Shown piece after piece: positions 17,420 through 26,212 of a stretch of DNA of 41,063 nucleotides. A program made the position numbers and the translations under genes. The DNA comes from an uncultured bacterium. GTDB lineage: Bacteria > Myxococcota_A > UBA796 > CAJQPC01. The notes beneath the pieces are model-generated. The model was not told the DNA's origin and ran no database searches. It saw nothing but the letters and a program-made list of their open reading frames with translations. Location of the stretch: assembly GCA_963934385.1 (NCBI GenBank), contig CAWVYO010000002.1, forward strand, positions 1 to 41,063, given 5' to 3'. Positions within the stretch are counted from its first letter, which is position 1. Each line of letters begins with the position of its first letter.

Positions 17420-18205
17420 TTGGGTTATTTAGCCACCGCTGCAATTTCTGCAATGTCAGCCACTGCTGTGGCTGCGCCTTCGGCTCCAAGTCTCTTGGGT
17501 GCTTGGCAAGAAGCGTTGCCTTTTTTGGGCGATTTGTCGTCAGTATTGGATGTCACAGAGAGTGACTGGCAAGATGTAAGCAATGGGGAGATTGTCGCAA
17601 GAAGACTGCCCCAGATATCTGGACCCGACAGAGTGTTGGGGTTGTCTTTTGTAGACGAATCTCCAAGAGCCGTCTGGATTGCCATTATTGATGATCCTCA
17701 CCTACACCTTTCAGCGGAGCTTGTAGAGCACACTATGGCGGGGTCATCTCCTGAGAGAAAGGTACTTTATCAACTGTTGAATTTGCCGTTCCCATTGTCA
17801 GATCGGTGTTGGGTAATCGAGATATCAAGCGATAATGATGTTTATGAGGGTTCTGGCGGATTGATCTGGAGGAGAGAGTGGAGGGGTGTTGAGAACGGAC
17901 CAGCATCTCTATATGGTCTACCTTTGGATCTTCAGAGAGAAGCCTTAGCGGCAGTTTACACACCAGTAAATGAAGGCTCTTGGACTCTATTGTCTATAGA
18001 TGATGGAGTTATAGTTGTGTACGAGGGGCGAGCGGATACCGCTGGAAACCTACCAACGGGTCTGGTAGACAGGTTCGCACAAGATAACGTCGAGCGGACT
18101 CTCTCACGACTTAGCGACATAGCCGCTGAGAGCGAGTCGCACTATGGCGAGGAGGGGCACTATACAATATTCAAACCGAACTACGAACCGCTGGATCGAC
18201 AATGA
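17420..18205 (+). CDS. exported START/SRPBCC-like lipid-binding domain protein
   Basis: PFPLSDRCWV and ADTAGNLPTGLVDRFAQDNVERTLSRL (compare START WPxSDRD and DPGGxIPxWLVN). Ala-rich signal-like N-terminus. Confidence 0.6.
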   Translation: MGYLATAAISAMSATAVAAPSAPSLLGAWQEALPFLGDLSSVLDVTESDWQDVSNGEIVARRLPQISGPDRVLGLSFVDESPRAVWIAIIDDPHLHLSAELVEHTMAGSSPERKVLYQLLNLPFPLSDRCWVIEISSDNDVYEGSGGLIWRREWRGVENGPASLYGLPLDLQREALAAVYTPVNEGSWTLLSIDDGVIVVYEGRADTAGNLPTGLVDRFAQDNVERTLSRLSDIAAESESHYGEEGHYTIFKPNYEPLDRQ

Positions 18206-18708
18206 CTACAGAGCGCTGGCAAGGAACAAAAGATATTATAAAGGTCTACGGGTTAGGCTTAATTGCTGTGATATTCGTCTCAATTGCGTGGGACTTTTTA
18301 CAACCAAAACCTAAACTGCCAGAGTTCGCTCCTGACTTTACTCTTGTAGATGTAAACGGTGAGGAACATCAACTATCTCAGTATCTCGGCAAAACAGTTG
18401 TTCTTAATTTTTGGGCAAGCTGGTGCGGCCCGTGTGTTTCTGAAATACCAGATTTTGCTCGTTATGCCTCTGAGCACCCCGAGGTTGTTTTGCTTGGCTT
18501 GGCTACTGAGAGGAGTGAATCCGATGCAGTCTCTACTGCTGAGCGGCTAGGTGCTGAATACCCGATCATAATGGCGGGATCTGTCTCAGATGAGTACGAC
18601 GTTTCTGTTTTACCAACAACAGTAGTCGTAAGCCCAGATGGTAGGGTCAAGCAGGTTAGCGTTGGAGCGATGTCGTACCGAGCTTTATCAGCCGCAGTAG
18701 AGCGATAG
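18202..18708 (+). CDS. TlpA/ResA-family membrane-anchored thioredoxin-like protein
   Basis: N-terminal TM, APDFTL, VLNFWASWCGPC and VLPTTVVV (cis-Pro). ATGA overlap with the previous gene. Confidence 0.9.
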   Translation: MTTERWQGTKDIIKVYGLGLIAVIFVSIAWDFLQPKPKLPEFAPDFTLVDVNGEEHQLSQYLGKTVVLNFWASWCGPCVSEIPDFARYASEHPEVVLLGLATERSESDAVSTAERLGAEYPIIMAGSVSDEYDVSVLPTTVVVSPDGRVKQVSVGAMSYRALSAAVER

Positions 18709-20580
18709 TTATTCTTCGCGCTCTTCGCAGAAATCACTAGTTCCAGCGGCGGTGATACACAAAACTCTGGCAACAGAAGTTTCTTGTCGGCTCGCAAAGG
18801 CGTAGTCGAGCCACTCACGAGCATATTGTTTTGTGTTGTTTCTCCAAAGTTCAGACACTTCGGATGTCGCCGGATCTCTATCGACAACGTATGCGGCATC
18901 GTAGTGCACCCATAGTTTGTTAGCCGTCTCTGTTTTCAATCTAAACAAGTTATAAACCCTGCTCTCATAGGTTTCTCGACGCCACTCCTGTTTGTTTTCA
19001 AGCGCGTAGTCCGCCCATCGAATAGCCTCTTCAGCACGATCCAATTCTAACTGTGAGAGGCTTAGTGCATACATGAAACAGAGGTCTGGATCCGACCGAT
19101 CTATGTCCGCTAGGTGCCTTCCCATGAGCCTCAACAATTCAACTGAGTCTTGCCTGGCATCTGCGTCAACCATGAGGACTCTGGATATGTCTTTCTTCTC
19201 GGTCTGAAGCTCAACTGTTCCTATTCTCTCCTCTAGACATTGGCGCAATTCTTCACCAAGGCGCCCCATAAGAGCGAAGGGTTCAATAGCCAGGAGATTG
19301 CTACAGCCCGGTGGTATACCAGGTGGTCTAGTTGAAGCCGTAGGAGCTGGGGCTTGCGCTACTGTGCTGTTTTCGGTAGCGGTAACGACGGGGGTGGCTT
19401 CGACGACCGCGGGCTCGGTATCCGTTTCAGCTTCAACCAACTCTGTAGATGTTGTTGGTTCAACCGCTATTGCCACAGGTGCAGGTTGGTTTCTAAGGGC
19501 GTGAAGCGCCTGTGTAGCCTCGGCCATCTCTGGTACCCATACTCCAACGGTTACCTGTGCTGTAGGTCTCTCGTATTCAGTAATGAAGTTCTCCAGCCAT
19601 TGTATTCGTAGTTCATCACTCTCAATCTCCATGGCTGCCTGGAACGCTTCAGTCCCGCGTTCTCTTATTTGTCGAACAGATTGAGCCAGTGTTCCGCCTC
19701 TATAGACTCTCTCGAAAGGTGTCCAAATATCGTCGTTTGGAGGTGTTTCTAAGTCACCGACGGACAAAATTATGCCTTTGTCATCATTTACTGACGAAAC
19801 GTGTCGTCGGGCTAACCTTGTATTTTGTTGGCGAACCCATGCCTGTGCTTCATGCAGAGTTACAGTACCGTCGGTCTCGCCACTTAGAGATCCGTCGGCC
19901 CATCCACGAATGGCTGCGGTGACCATCCAAGTGAATAGTCCTTGGTTTGCCGTCTCCCAGATCGGAGCCAGCAACATGTCTTGGTCAGCCGACCAAACAG
20001 TGAGACGATCGTTATCGGTCTGAAATGTCTCCAGTCTCGCGACAGCGCGGTCTAGAACAGGTTCTCTAGTTCTTCCTCTTCCCGAGAAGGTGGCATCCAA
20101 TACAAGGACGATATTTCCTATATTTTCGCCAGCGCCCCACTCTTCAATTTCAGCGATTGAGATACCGTCTTGATTTATCCTAGATCCGTCGGCTCGCGTG
20201 TCTTTGCCCAGCATGAACCAACCGTCTTCGTTAGCGAAACCGTGTCCTGAGAAATACACCCATAGTGTCCCACCGTCGGTGACGCGTCCCGCGGCACTTC
20301 TTACAGCCCTTCTCATCTTTGAACGGTCACCACGGCTGTTGGTGATGATGTTTCTCTCGGGAATACCCATAGTGGCCATAGCCGCGCCCTGAAAGAGTGC
20401 AGCATCGGATTCAGTTCCAAAGGCGTTTCCGACATTTACATATTCCTCTACATGCAGTATCGCTGCGGCAGAGGTTGGAGATTCTGTCCCAATGACAGGT
20501 GTTGATATGTCAGGGACATCATTAGCTTGGGCGACCCCTAAAAAAAGGAAAGACCATAACAAAGGGATCGACGAAATCAT
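18709..20580 (-). CDS. secreted caspase/peptidase C14-fold protein, probably inactive (Cys to Thr), with P/T/E linker and helical C-terminal domain
   Basis: Probable ATG at 20580 with GGAG RBS and signal ending AQA (ORF track 20673). YFSGHG, VLVLDATFSG and QGLFTW...GWADG...DGTVT. Confidence 0.75.
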   Translation of the reverse strand: MISSIPLLWSFLFLGVAQANDVPDISTPVIGTESPTSAAAILHVEEYVNVGNAFGTESDAALFQGAAMATMGIPERNIITNSRGDRSKMRRAVRSAAGRVTDGGTLWVYFSGHGFANEDGWFMLGKDTRADGSRINQDGISIAEIEEWGAGENIGNIVLVLDATFSGRGRTREPVLDRAVARLETFQTDNDRLTVWSADQDMLLAPIWETANQGLFTWMVTAAIRGWADGSLSGETDGTVTLHEAQAWVRQQNTRLARRHVSSVNDDKGIILSVGDLETPPNDDIWTPFERVYRGGTLAQSVRQIRERGTEAFQAAMEIESDELRIQWLENFITEYERPTAQVTVGVWVPEMAEATQALHALRNQPAPVAIAVEPTTSTELVEAETDTEPAVVEATPVVTATENSTVAQAPAPTASTRPPGIPPGCSNLLAIEPFALMGRLGEELRQCLEERIGTVELQTEKKDISRVLMVDADARQDSVELLRLMGRHLADIDRSDPDLCFMYALSLSQLELDRAEEAIRWADYALENKQEWRRETYESRVYNLFRLKTETANKLWVHYDAAYVVDRDPATSEVSELWRNNTKQYAREWLDYAFASRQETSVARVLCITAAGTSDFCEEREE

Positions 20581-20785
20581 TGTTGCACTCCAGTGCCATG
20601 CAGAGTTGATTTCGGATGTTGCCATGATCAACAGCAAGATCGCAAGGTTGCTTTTTTCAATAGATTTATCCATTGGCTACACTCCGTCGCAAAACCAGAT
20701 ACAATAATCAGGCAAAACACCGAATGTGGGTCTGCATCATAAAAGACTCACCAGCGCGCGAAATACATATGAACAGGAAAAACTA

Positions 20786-22780
20786 ATGCGAATCAGCACA
20801 ATTTTTACGGCCGTCATCATGCTTGTTGCATGTGGTAAAGGCGATGACACTGGCGTGACCAGTCACACTGGTGAGACTGGTCACACCGGTCAGACAACTC
20901 ACACCGGAGAGACGGGCACTACTTCAGTTAACGATGTAGAGCTCCTTGAAATAGTGAACCCAAGTGATTCTGAAATCATAGTCCCAGCGACAAGCTTAGA
21001 GCTTACGGCTGACTTGACTGGAGTATTTGACCCCGAAGGGTTGGTGGCGACCGTCGAAGTAAACGGCGAAGCAGTAAATTTTGACATAGATAGCAGCGGC
21101 ATTGTGGCTAATATTACATGTGAATATGGTCAAAACACGGCAGAGATGTCAGTGCAAGATGACGAAGCGCTTCATACAGACTCTGTGATGTGGATCGGAA
21201 ATACGGCGCCGGTCGTATCTTTGGATCCTACCCCAGTAACGTTGGTTCAGGGAGATTCGGTGACCATAACGGGCATTGTTTTTGACGCTGATACGCCTGA
21301 GGATCTCTTGTTGACGTGGATGTTGGATGGCGAGGTCTATCTTACCGAGATGGCGCCAGTTGATGGTTCAGTCTCACTCTATTTTGAAGAGGCGCCAGGT
21401 GGTGCACATACAATTGAGTTGATCGCCGAAGACGAGTGGGAGTCAACGAGTGACGAAGTTGCGTTTGATGTAGCTTGTGCAGTCACTGATAACGTTCAAA
21501 TGTTGCTACATATGGATGATGGATCAGGTGTGGCTATCGCTGACTCTAGTTATGAGCCTAGCGAGGTATCCCTGATGGGTAGCCCCCTTTGGATTGACGG
21601 GATGGACGGCAAAGGAGTTGATCTTGGAGGTAACAGTTACTTGGCGGCGCTCGATCCAGAGTACCCTGACCTATGGACCATGGACTTCACATTTTCAGCG
21701 TGGCTAAAGCCGGATTCTGAGGTTCCAAATGGCAACGAAGCTATCTTCCAGCAGCTTGACGGACAGGGAGTTGGTCGTACGCTTCTCTACCGCTCTACAA
21801 GCTGTGGAAACGCTCTCACATCGTACTTGGGTGGCGCTACTCTGTGTGGGACTACGCCGCTGAATGCTGGTCAATGGAACCATGTAGTGCTGACGAGAAA
21901 CCGCACGACAGGAAAGATAGCAATCTACTTAAATGGTGTGCTCGAAGGCGAGGCTGACAGGTTTATGGAGCTAGCAGATGGGGGTTACCTGTTTGGTGTA
22001 GGAAAAACAGCATCTAGCCAGTACTTTGACGGAGCGATAGACGAGGTCGCGATCATGAGTGTCACATTAGACGAGGCAGATGTTCAGGCTCTATACGCCA
22101 CGGGCTTGCCGACGTGTGATCCAGGTTGTTTAGAGTTGCCAGAGACACCGTATACTTGGTTTGATGGTTCGGTAGACGGAAACGGCGATTTGTTGGATCA
22201 CGGTCAGAGTCAGTCTGTTCAGGTACAGGGTGGTTTTACTATAGGTGACGGGACTTCAGGCGATGCCGTACATCTAGATGGCTCAACTGGTTACTTTGAG
22301 CTAGCAGGTGCTGACTCGTACTCCGTATCAACAGGTGACTTTACCGTATCTCTTCGGGCAAGGTTTGATGGTTCGAGCTTTGTTGGCGAGGACCGCACCT
22401 TGGTTCAGATTTTAGACGGTACAGGCTTAGGTCGTACCCTTCTTTATGTAGATGATACCTGTGGAGGACAGATCTCTTCATTCATTGGTGGGCAAGAGTT
22501 TTGCAGTGGTACTCTTACAGCCGGTCTTTGGCACCATGTGGCAATTACCCACACTCAGTCGGACGATATGACTCAGATCTACATAGATGGTATCGGCAAG
22601 CCAATAGCACCTAGGGCAATGGCCGCATCAGATGGCGGCTTGAGGTTTGGTACTGGCAAGACCTTCAATGGGCAATGGTGGGACGGACCTATCGATGACA
22701 TTCTAATATTCGATAGGGTACTTACCGATCTCGAAATGGAAGATCTGCACTCCGATGGCACAGGATATTGCCCTCTTTAA
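20786..22780 (+). CDS. lipoprotein with Ig-like modules and two LamG/concanavalin A-like domains
   Basis: ATG at 20786, LVAC lipobox. Two repeats of FTxSxW/R...DGxGxGRTLLY..C...C...GxW(N/H)HVxxT...IYx(N/D)G...(F/W)DGxIDE/D. Confidence 0.8.
   Translation: MRISTIFTAVIMLVACGKGDDTGVTSHTGETGHTGQTTHTGETGTTSVNDVELLEIVNPSDSEIIVPATSLELTADLTGVFDPEGLVATVEVNGEAVNFDIDSSGIVANITCEYGQNTAEMSVQDDEALHTDSVMWIGNTAPVVSLDPTPVTLVQGDSVTITGIVFDADTPEDLLLTWMLDGEVYLTEMAPVDGSVSLYFEEAPGGAHTIELIAEDEWESTSDEVAFDVACAVTDNVQMLLHMDDGSGVAIADSSYEPSEVSLMGSPLWIDGMDGKGVDLGGNSYLAALDPEYPDLWTMDFTFSAWLKPDSEVPNGNEAIFQQLDGQGVGRTLLYRSTSCGNALTSYLGGATLCGTTPLNAGQWNHVVLTRNRTTGKIAIYLNGVLEGEADRFMELADGGYLFGVGKTASSQYFDGAIDEVAIMSVTLDEADVQALYATGLPTCDPGCLELPETPYTWFDGSVDGNGDLLDHGQSQSVQVQGGFTIGDGTSGDAVHLDGSTGYFELAGADSYSVSTGDFTVSLRARFDGSSFVGEDRTLVQILDGTGLGRTLLYVDDTCGGQISSFIGGQEFCSGTLTAGLWHHVAITHTQSDDMTQIYIDGIGKPIAPRAMAASDGGLRFGTGKTFNGQWWDGPIDDILIFDRVLTDLEMEDLHSDGTGYCPL
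20864..20917 (+). repeat. 3 x 18-bp coding repeat (HTGETG HTGQTT HTGETG)
   Basis: cacactggtgagactggt / cacaccggtcagacaact / cacaccggagagacgggc. Confidence 0.8.
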
Positions 22781-22800
22781 TAGTTGGGCACTTCAAAAAA

Positions 22801-23766
22801 ATGATTGATCGCATAGTCGACATTATTACCAAACCCACTGGTGAGTACTGGCAGAGTGTGTCAGACGAACAATTAGCCCCGAAAGGGGTGCTGTTTGGGT
22901 ATCTGCTGCCACTGACGGCGCTGGCAGTGGTATTACCCTTCTCATTCATGACGCAGGCAAGCGGAGTGGGCCCGGCGCTGTTGTTTATCGGAGACTGGAT
23001 CACGGGCGTAGTCCTGTTGAGTTTGGTGTTGGGGGTTATCTCTAATCGATTAGCGCCATTGTTTGGCGGTGAAAGCCGTGGATATCAAGGCTTTGTTCTT
23101 TTTGCCCTACTTCACACGCCGGTGTTGCTCTCCTCACTTTTGGGCGTATTGCTTTCTTTGGCTGGCGGTGAAATCTTTGGATCAATTCTTGCCAAGATTG
23201 GCTTGTTTTACGGCATCTACCTAATGTGGATAAGTGTCCCTGTTTTCTATAAGGTGAAGGGAGCCACCGAAGTAACGAGTGACTGGAGGGTTCCTGGTTT
23301 CGCTGTAACCGTCGCGGTTTTTTGGTTTTCGCTACGAAGTGTGAGTCTTATTATTTGGGGTCTCGCGTACCAATTGAATTTCGCTGCAGACCCTATTCAA
23401 GAGGCTATAGAGGCTCAATACAGTATTGGTGCCACCTCTATGGGTCTCCTGGCTCAGCACGATTTTTCACTAGTAGAGACCACGCTGCTCCAAGGTAACT
23501 CCTACCGTTTTATAGGGTTGTCAGAGGTTAGAACAACTGTGAGTTTGTCTATCGTGTCGTCTACAGGTGAACATATTGAGCAATCTACATCTAACGAAAG
23601 TAGTCAGTATACGTATTTGGATTTTGAACCAATCGAAAGCGGTACCTATCTGATTCAAATGAATGTAGGTGAGCTAACTGGGGCGGGGTCATCTACTGAG
23701 TCCGCAGTAGTGGAGATGTATCGATCCACGACGACAGACGCGTTACCTTTCATAGGTAACGAGTAA
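22801..23766 (+). CDS. Yip1-domain membrane protein with C-terminal beta-sandwich (PPC-like) domain
   Basis: RIVDIITKP..YW..V..E....GYLLPL, five TM segments, LFYGIYLMWISVPVFY. Soluble tail GNSYRFIG...SLSIVSSTG...FEPIESGTYLI. ATG at 22801 preferred over 22768. Confidence 0.7.
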   Translation: MIDRIVDIITKPTGEYWQSVSDEQLAPKGVLFGYLLPLTALAVVLPFSFMTQASGVGPALLFIGDWITGVVLLSLVLGVISNRLAPLFGGESRGYQGFVLFALLHTPVLLSSLLGVLLSLAGGEIFGSILAKIGLFYGIYLMWISVPVFYKVKGATEVTSDWRVPGFAVTVAVFWFSLRSVSLIIWGLAYQLNFAADPIQEAIEAQYSIGATSMGLLAQHDFSLVETTLLQGNSYRFIGLSEVRTTVSLSIVSSTGEHIEQSTSNESSQYTYLDFEPIESGTYLIQMNVGELTGAGSSTESAVVEMYRSTTTDALPFIGNE

Positions 23767-23780
23767 CGAGGTTCAAGCGT

Positions 23781-24629
23781 ATGATTAAGGCAATAGACAA
23801 TGCCATGGATCGAATGGGGGCGCTTAACTACACCTTACCCAAGGTGCTGCGCGTTGTGAATGATCTGAATTCTTCGGCGCTAGAGCTCGTTCGAATAATT
23901 CAGATGGATCCAGTGTTGACTGCACGCGTGCTAAAGGTCTCCAATTCCTCCTATTTTGGCGTCAGGGCCGAACCCATTAGTAACCTTCGACGGGCTACGA
24001 TCCTTATGGGAATGAATACTATTCGCAACCTGGCACTCGCCACTGCAGTGAAGAATTCCTTTGAGATACAGGCTGGTGGCGCCGTATCAAGTGAGGATTT
24101 TTGGCGGCACTCGGTAGCAGTTGCGGTCTTGTCGGATATTATCTCTAAAAGGAGTCCACTAAGTCGCAAAGACGGTGAGAAGTGCTTTGTTGTTGGAATG
24201 CTGCACCTGATAGGTCGAGCATTATTGATACAGCACTTCTCAGATGAGTTCAAGCGAGCAGTGATGGAGGCAAAAGCCAACAAGTGCTCTGTTACTGATG
24301 TAGAGCAGTCGGTCTTTAGCACTAACCACAAGAAGATAGGCATGCGTTTGGCAGCACGTTGGAAGCTACCGGATGAGTTTTTGGATGGAGTAGCCTTCTA
24401 CGATACCCCGAACGAGTCTGATCGAATGACTACTTGGATTGTAGCGATCGCTTCTGCTGCGGTAAAGCGTAGAGGTACAATGGGGTTTGTTGGAGATTTT
24501 AAATATCCTGTAATCCCCGATGCAATATACGAAGCAATAAATATTTCTGAAAGAGAGGTTATGAGTATAGTAGACTCTATTTTGGTTGTTGAGTTAGATA
24601 AAGCTGACGAATTTATCAGAGGAGATTAG
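23781..24629 (+). CDS. stand-alone HDOD-domain protein
   Basis: LPKVL, IIQMDPVLTARVLKVSNSSYFG, ISNLRRATILMG, FWRHSVAVA, GMLHLIG and H..IG..LAARWKLP. Confidence 0.9.
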   Translation: MIKAIDNAMDRMGALNYTLPKVLRVVNDLNSSALELVRIIQMDPVLTARVLKVSNSSYFGVRAEPISNLRRATILMGMNTIRNLALATAVKNSFEIQAGGAVSSEDFWRHSVAVAVLSDIISKRSPLSRKDGEKCFVVGMLHLIGRALLIQHFSDEFKRAVMEAKANKCSVTDVEQSVFSTNHKKIGMRLAARWKLPDEFLDGVAFYDTPNESDRMTTWIVAIASAAVKRRGTMGFVGDFKYPVIPDAIYEAINISEREVMSIVDSILVVELDKADEFIRGD

Positions 24630-25544
24630 GTGGAGGTTCAATTTTGGGGAACAAGAGGCTCGATCCCGACACCAGGTCCTGACACTGTTCGGTATGGTGG
24701 GAACACCACATGCCTAGAGATTCGCCACAATGATGACTTCATTATTATAGATGCTGGCACAGGGATAAGAGGTCTTGGCAATAAGTTACTCAGGGAGCGT
24801 GGGACCAGTGCTGATGTGCACCTATTGATCACTCATACTCACTGGGATCACATTCAAGGGTTACCATTTTTTCTGCCCGCCTTCATCAAGGGAAATAAGC
24901 TTAGAATATTTGGCCCACACAACCATCAAAGTTCATTCGACAAGGTGTTGGCTGATCAGATGCAGTTCTCATATTTTCCGGTGAACTTCTCACAGCTGCA
25001 AGCGGACATTAGCCCTCGTACACTTCACGAGCTCGAATCGTTTCAGGTTGGCTCTATTACTGTGACGCCGAAATATGTGAACCATCCAGTCCCAACACTC
25101 GCATACCGTATGGAGTCCGACGGAAAGGTCATTACGTTTATGACCGACGTAGAACCATATCGTGACATTATCTATGACGGTGTATGTCCGACAGAGGACG
25201 AACGAGAAGAGTTCGATGACGTACAGAGTGCGGTAAAAGAGCAGAACCAGAAGCTAATTGACTTTGCTAAGGGTTCAAACATTTTGATTCTCGATGCTCA
25301 ATACACAAGAGAGGAGTATTTGAACGGGAGAGTGGGCTGGGGGCACACTTGTATGGAGGACGCCATAGACATTGGGGCGGCTGCAGATGTGGAACAATTG
25401 TTGCTTTTTCACCACGACCCAGATCGAACGGACGCACAAATGGAGGCGTTAGTAGAGCTCCATAGGGGAAGAATAGCCGCGATGCCTAATTGCCCCATAA
25501 AGTTCCTGGAGGGTGCCGAGGAGGGTAGGACGTTTGTCGCCTAA
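24630..25544 (+). CDS. MBL-fold metallo-hydrolase (phosphodiesterase/ribonuclease Z-like clan)
   Basis: FWGTRGSIPTPG..RYGGNTTC, IDAGTG, THTHWDHIQG (HxHxDH), NHP, LDAQY, GWGH and LFHHDP. Starts immediately after the HDOD stop. Confidence 0.9.
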   Translation: MEVQFWGTRGSIPTPGPDTVRYGGNTTCLEIRHNDDFIIIDAGTGIRGLGNKLLRERGTSADVHLLITHTHWDHIQGLPFFLPAFIKGNKLRIFGPHNHQSSFDKVLADQMQFSYFPVNFSQLQADISPRTLHELESFQVGSITVTPKYVNHPVPTLAYRMESDGKVITFMTDVEPYRDIIYDGVCPTEDEREEFDDVQSAVKEQNQKLIDFAKGSNILILDAQYTREEYLNGRVGWGHTCMEDAIDIGAAADVEQLLLFHHDPDRTDAQMEALVELHRGRIAAMPNCPIKFLEGAEEGRTFVA

Positions 25545-25571
25545 GAAGTTGGTTCTTGTTACTCGCCGCTT

Positions 25572-26141
25572 ATGATTCTGTTACTCATCGCATGTATGCC
25601 AGCAACTAATGATGATACCGCCACTACCACAACTGTCGACGACGATACCGTAGTTGTAGGAGTACCTGAATCGTTATCCTCGATGAACCCGGAGTTGTTA
25701 CCTCAGAGTGCAGATGCATGTAGGGAGCCAGAGCTTGTAGAGGTCACTTATGTGGTTGATGGGGATACCTTTGACGCCGTAGCAAAGTGGGGTGGAGAGA
25801 CGGTTCGTATTATCGGTCTAAACACACCCGAAATAGATCACAATGGAGGTGATAGTGATTGTTATGGGCGAGAGGCTGCAGACTACACTGAGAGTCAACT
25901 AGACGGTAATTGGGTCTGGTTGTCGTTTGATGTTGAGTGCGAGGATCGATACGAGCGAACTCTTGCCTACGTAACGGTGAGTGATGAACCAATAGTTGGT
26001 TTTTTTCAGAGAGATCTTCTCCGTCAAGGGTTCGCGGAAGGTTTCGAATTTGAGCCAAATGTTTCGTACGCGGATCTGTTAAGTGCTGATGAAGCCTATG
26101 CTAAGAGTAGGGATATAGGGCTTTGGGGTGCCTGTGACTGA
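25572..26141 (+). CDS. thermonuclease (SNase-family) lipoprotein
   Basis: LIAC lipobox, YVVDGDTF, VRIIGLNTPE, DRYERTLAYV, LLRQGFA and GLWG. Confidence 0.85.
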   Translation: MILLLIACMPATNDDTATTTTVDDDTVVVGVPESLSSMNPELLPQSADACREPELVEVTYVVDGDTFDAVAKWGGETVRIIGLNTPEIDHNGGDSDCYGREAADYTESQLDGNWVWLSFDVECEDRYERTLAYVTVSDEPIVGFFQRDLLRQGFAEGFEFEPNVSYADLLSADEAYAKSRDIGLWGACD

Positions 26142-26180
26142 CTCGTCTACTCAGACTAAACTCTAGGTCTGGTAGAGAGT
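26141..26180 (+). terminator. imperfect hairpin between convergent genes, possible intrinsic terminator
   Basis: actc[g]tctac[t]cagac pairs with gtctggtagagagt around a 10-nt loop, followed by a T-rich tract. Confidence 0.4.
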
Positions 26181-26212
26181 TTACGTTGTTGTATTAACCG
26201 TTCACCGCTGGG

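Noticed and set aside
18709-20580. Caspase plus TPR-like helices as a CHAT/type III-E CRISPR or other anti-phage protease
   Set aside because: It has a signal peptide, lacks the catalytic Cys, and has no neighbouring cas, NACHT or gasdermin-like gene.
23781-26141. HD-like, MBL and nuclease genes as a defence island
   Set aside because: The nuclease is a lipoprotein, HDOD is a signalling-type domain, and no recognisable defence-system components or mobile context are present.
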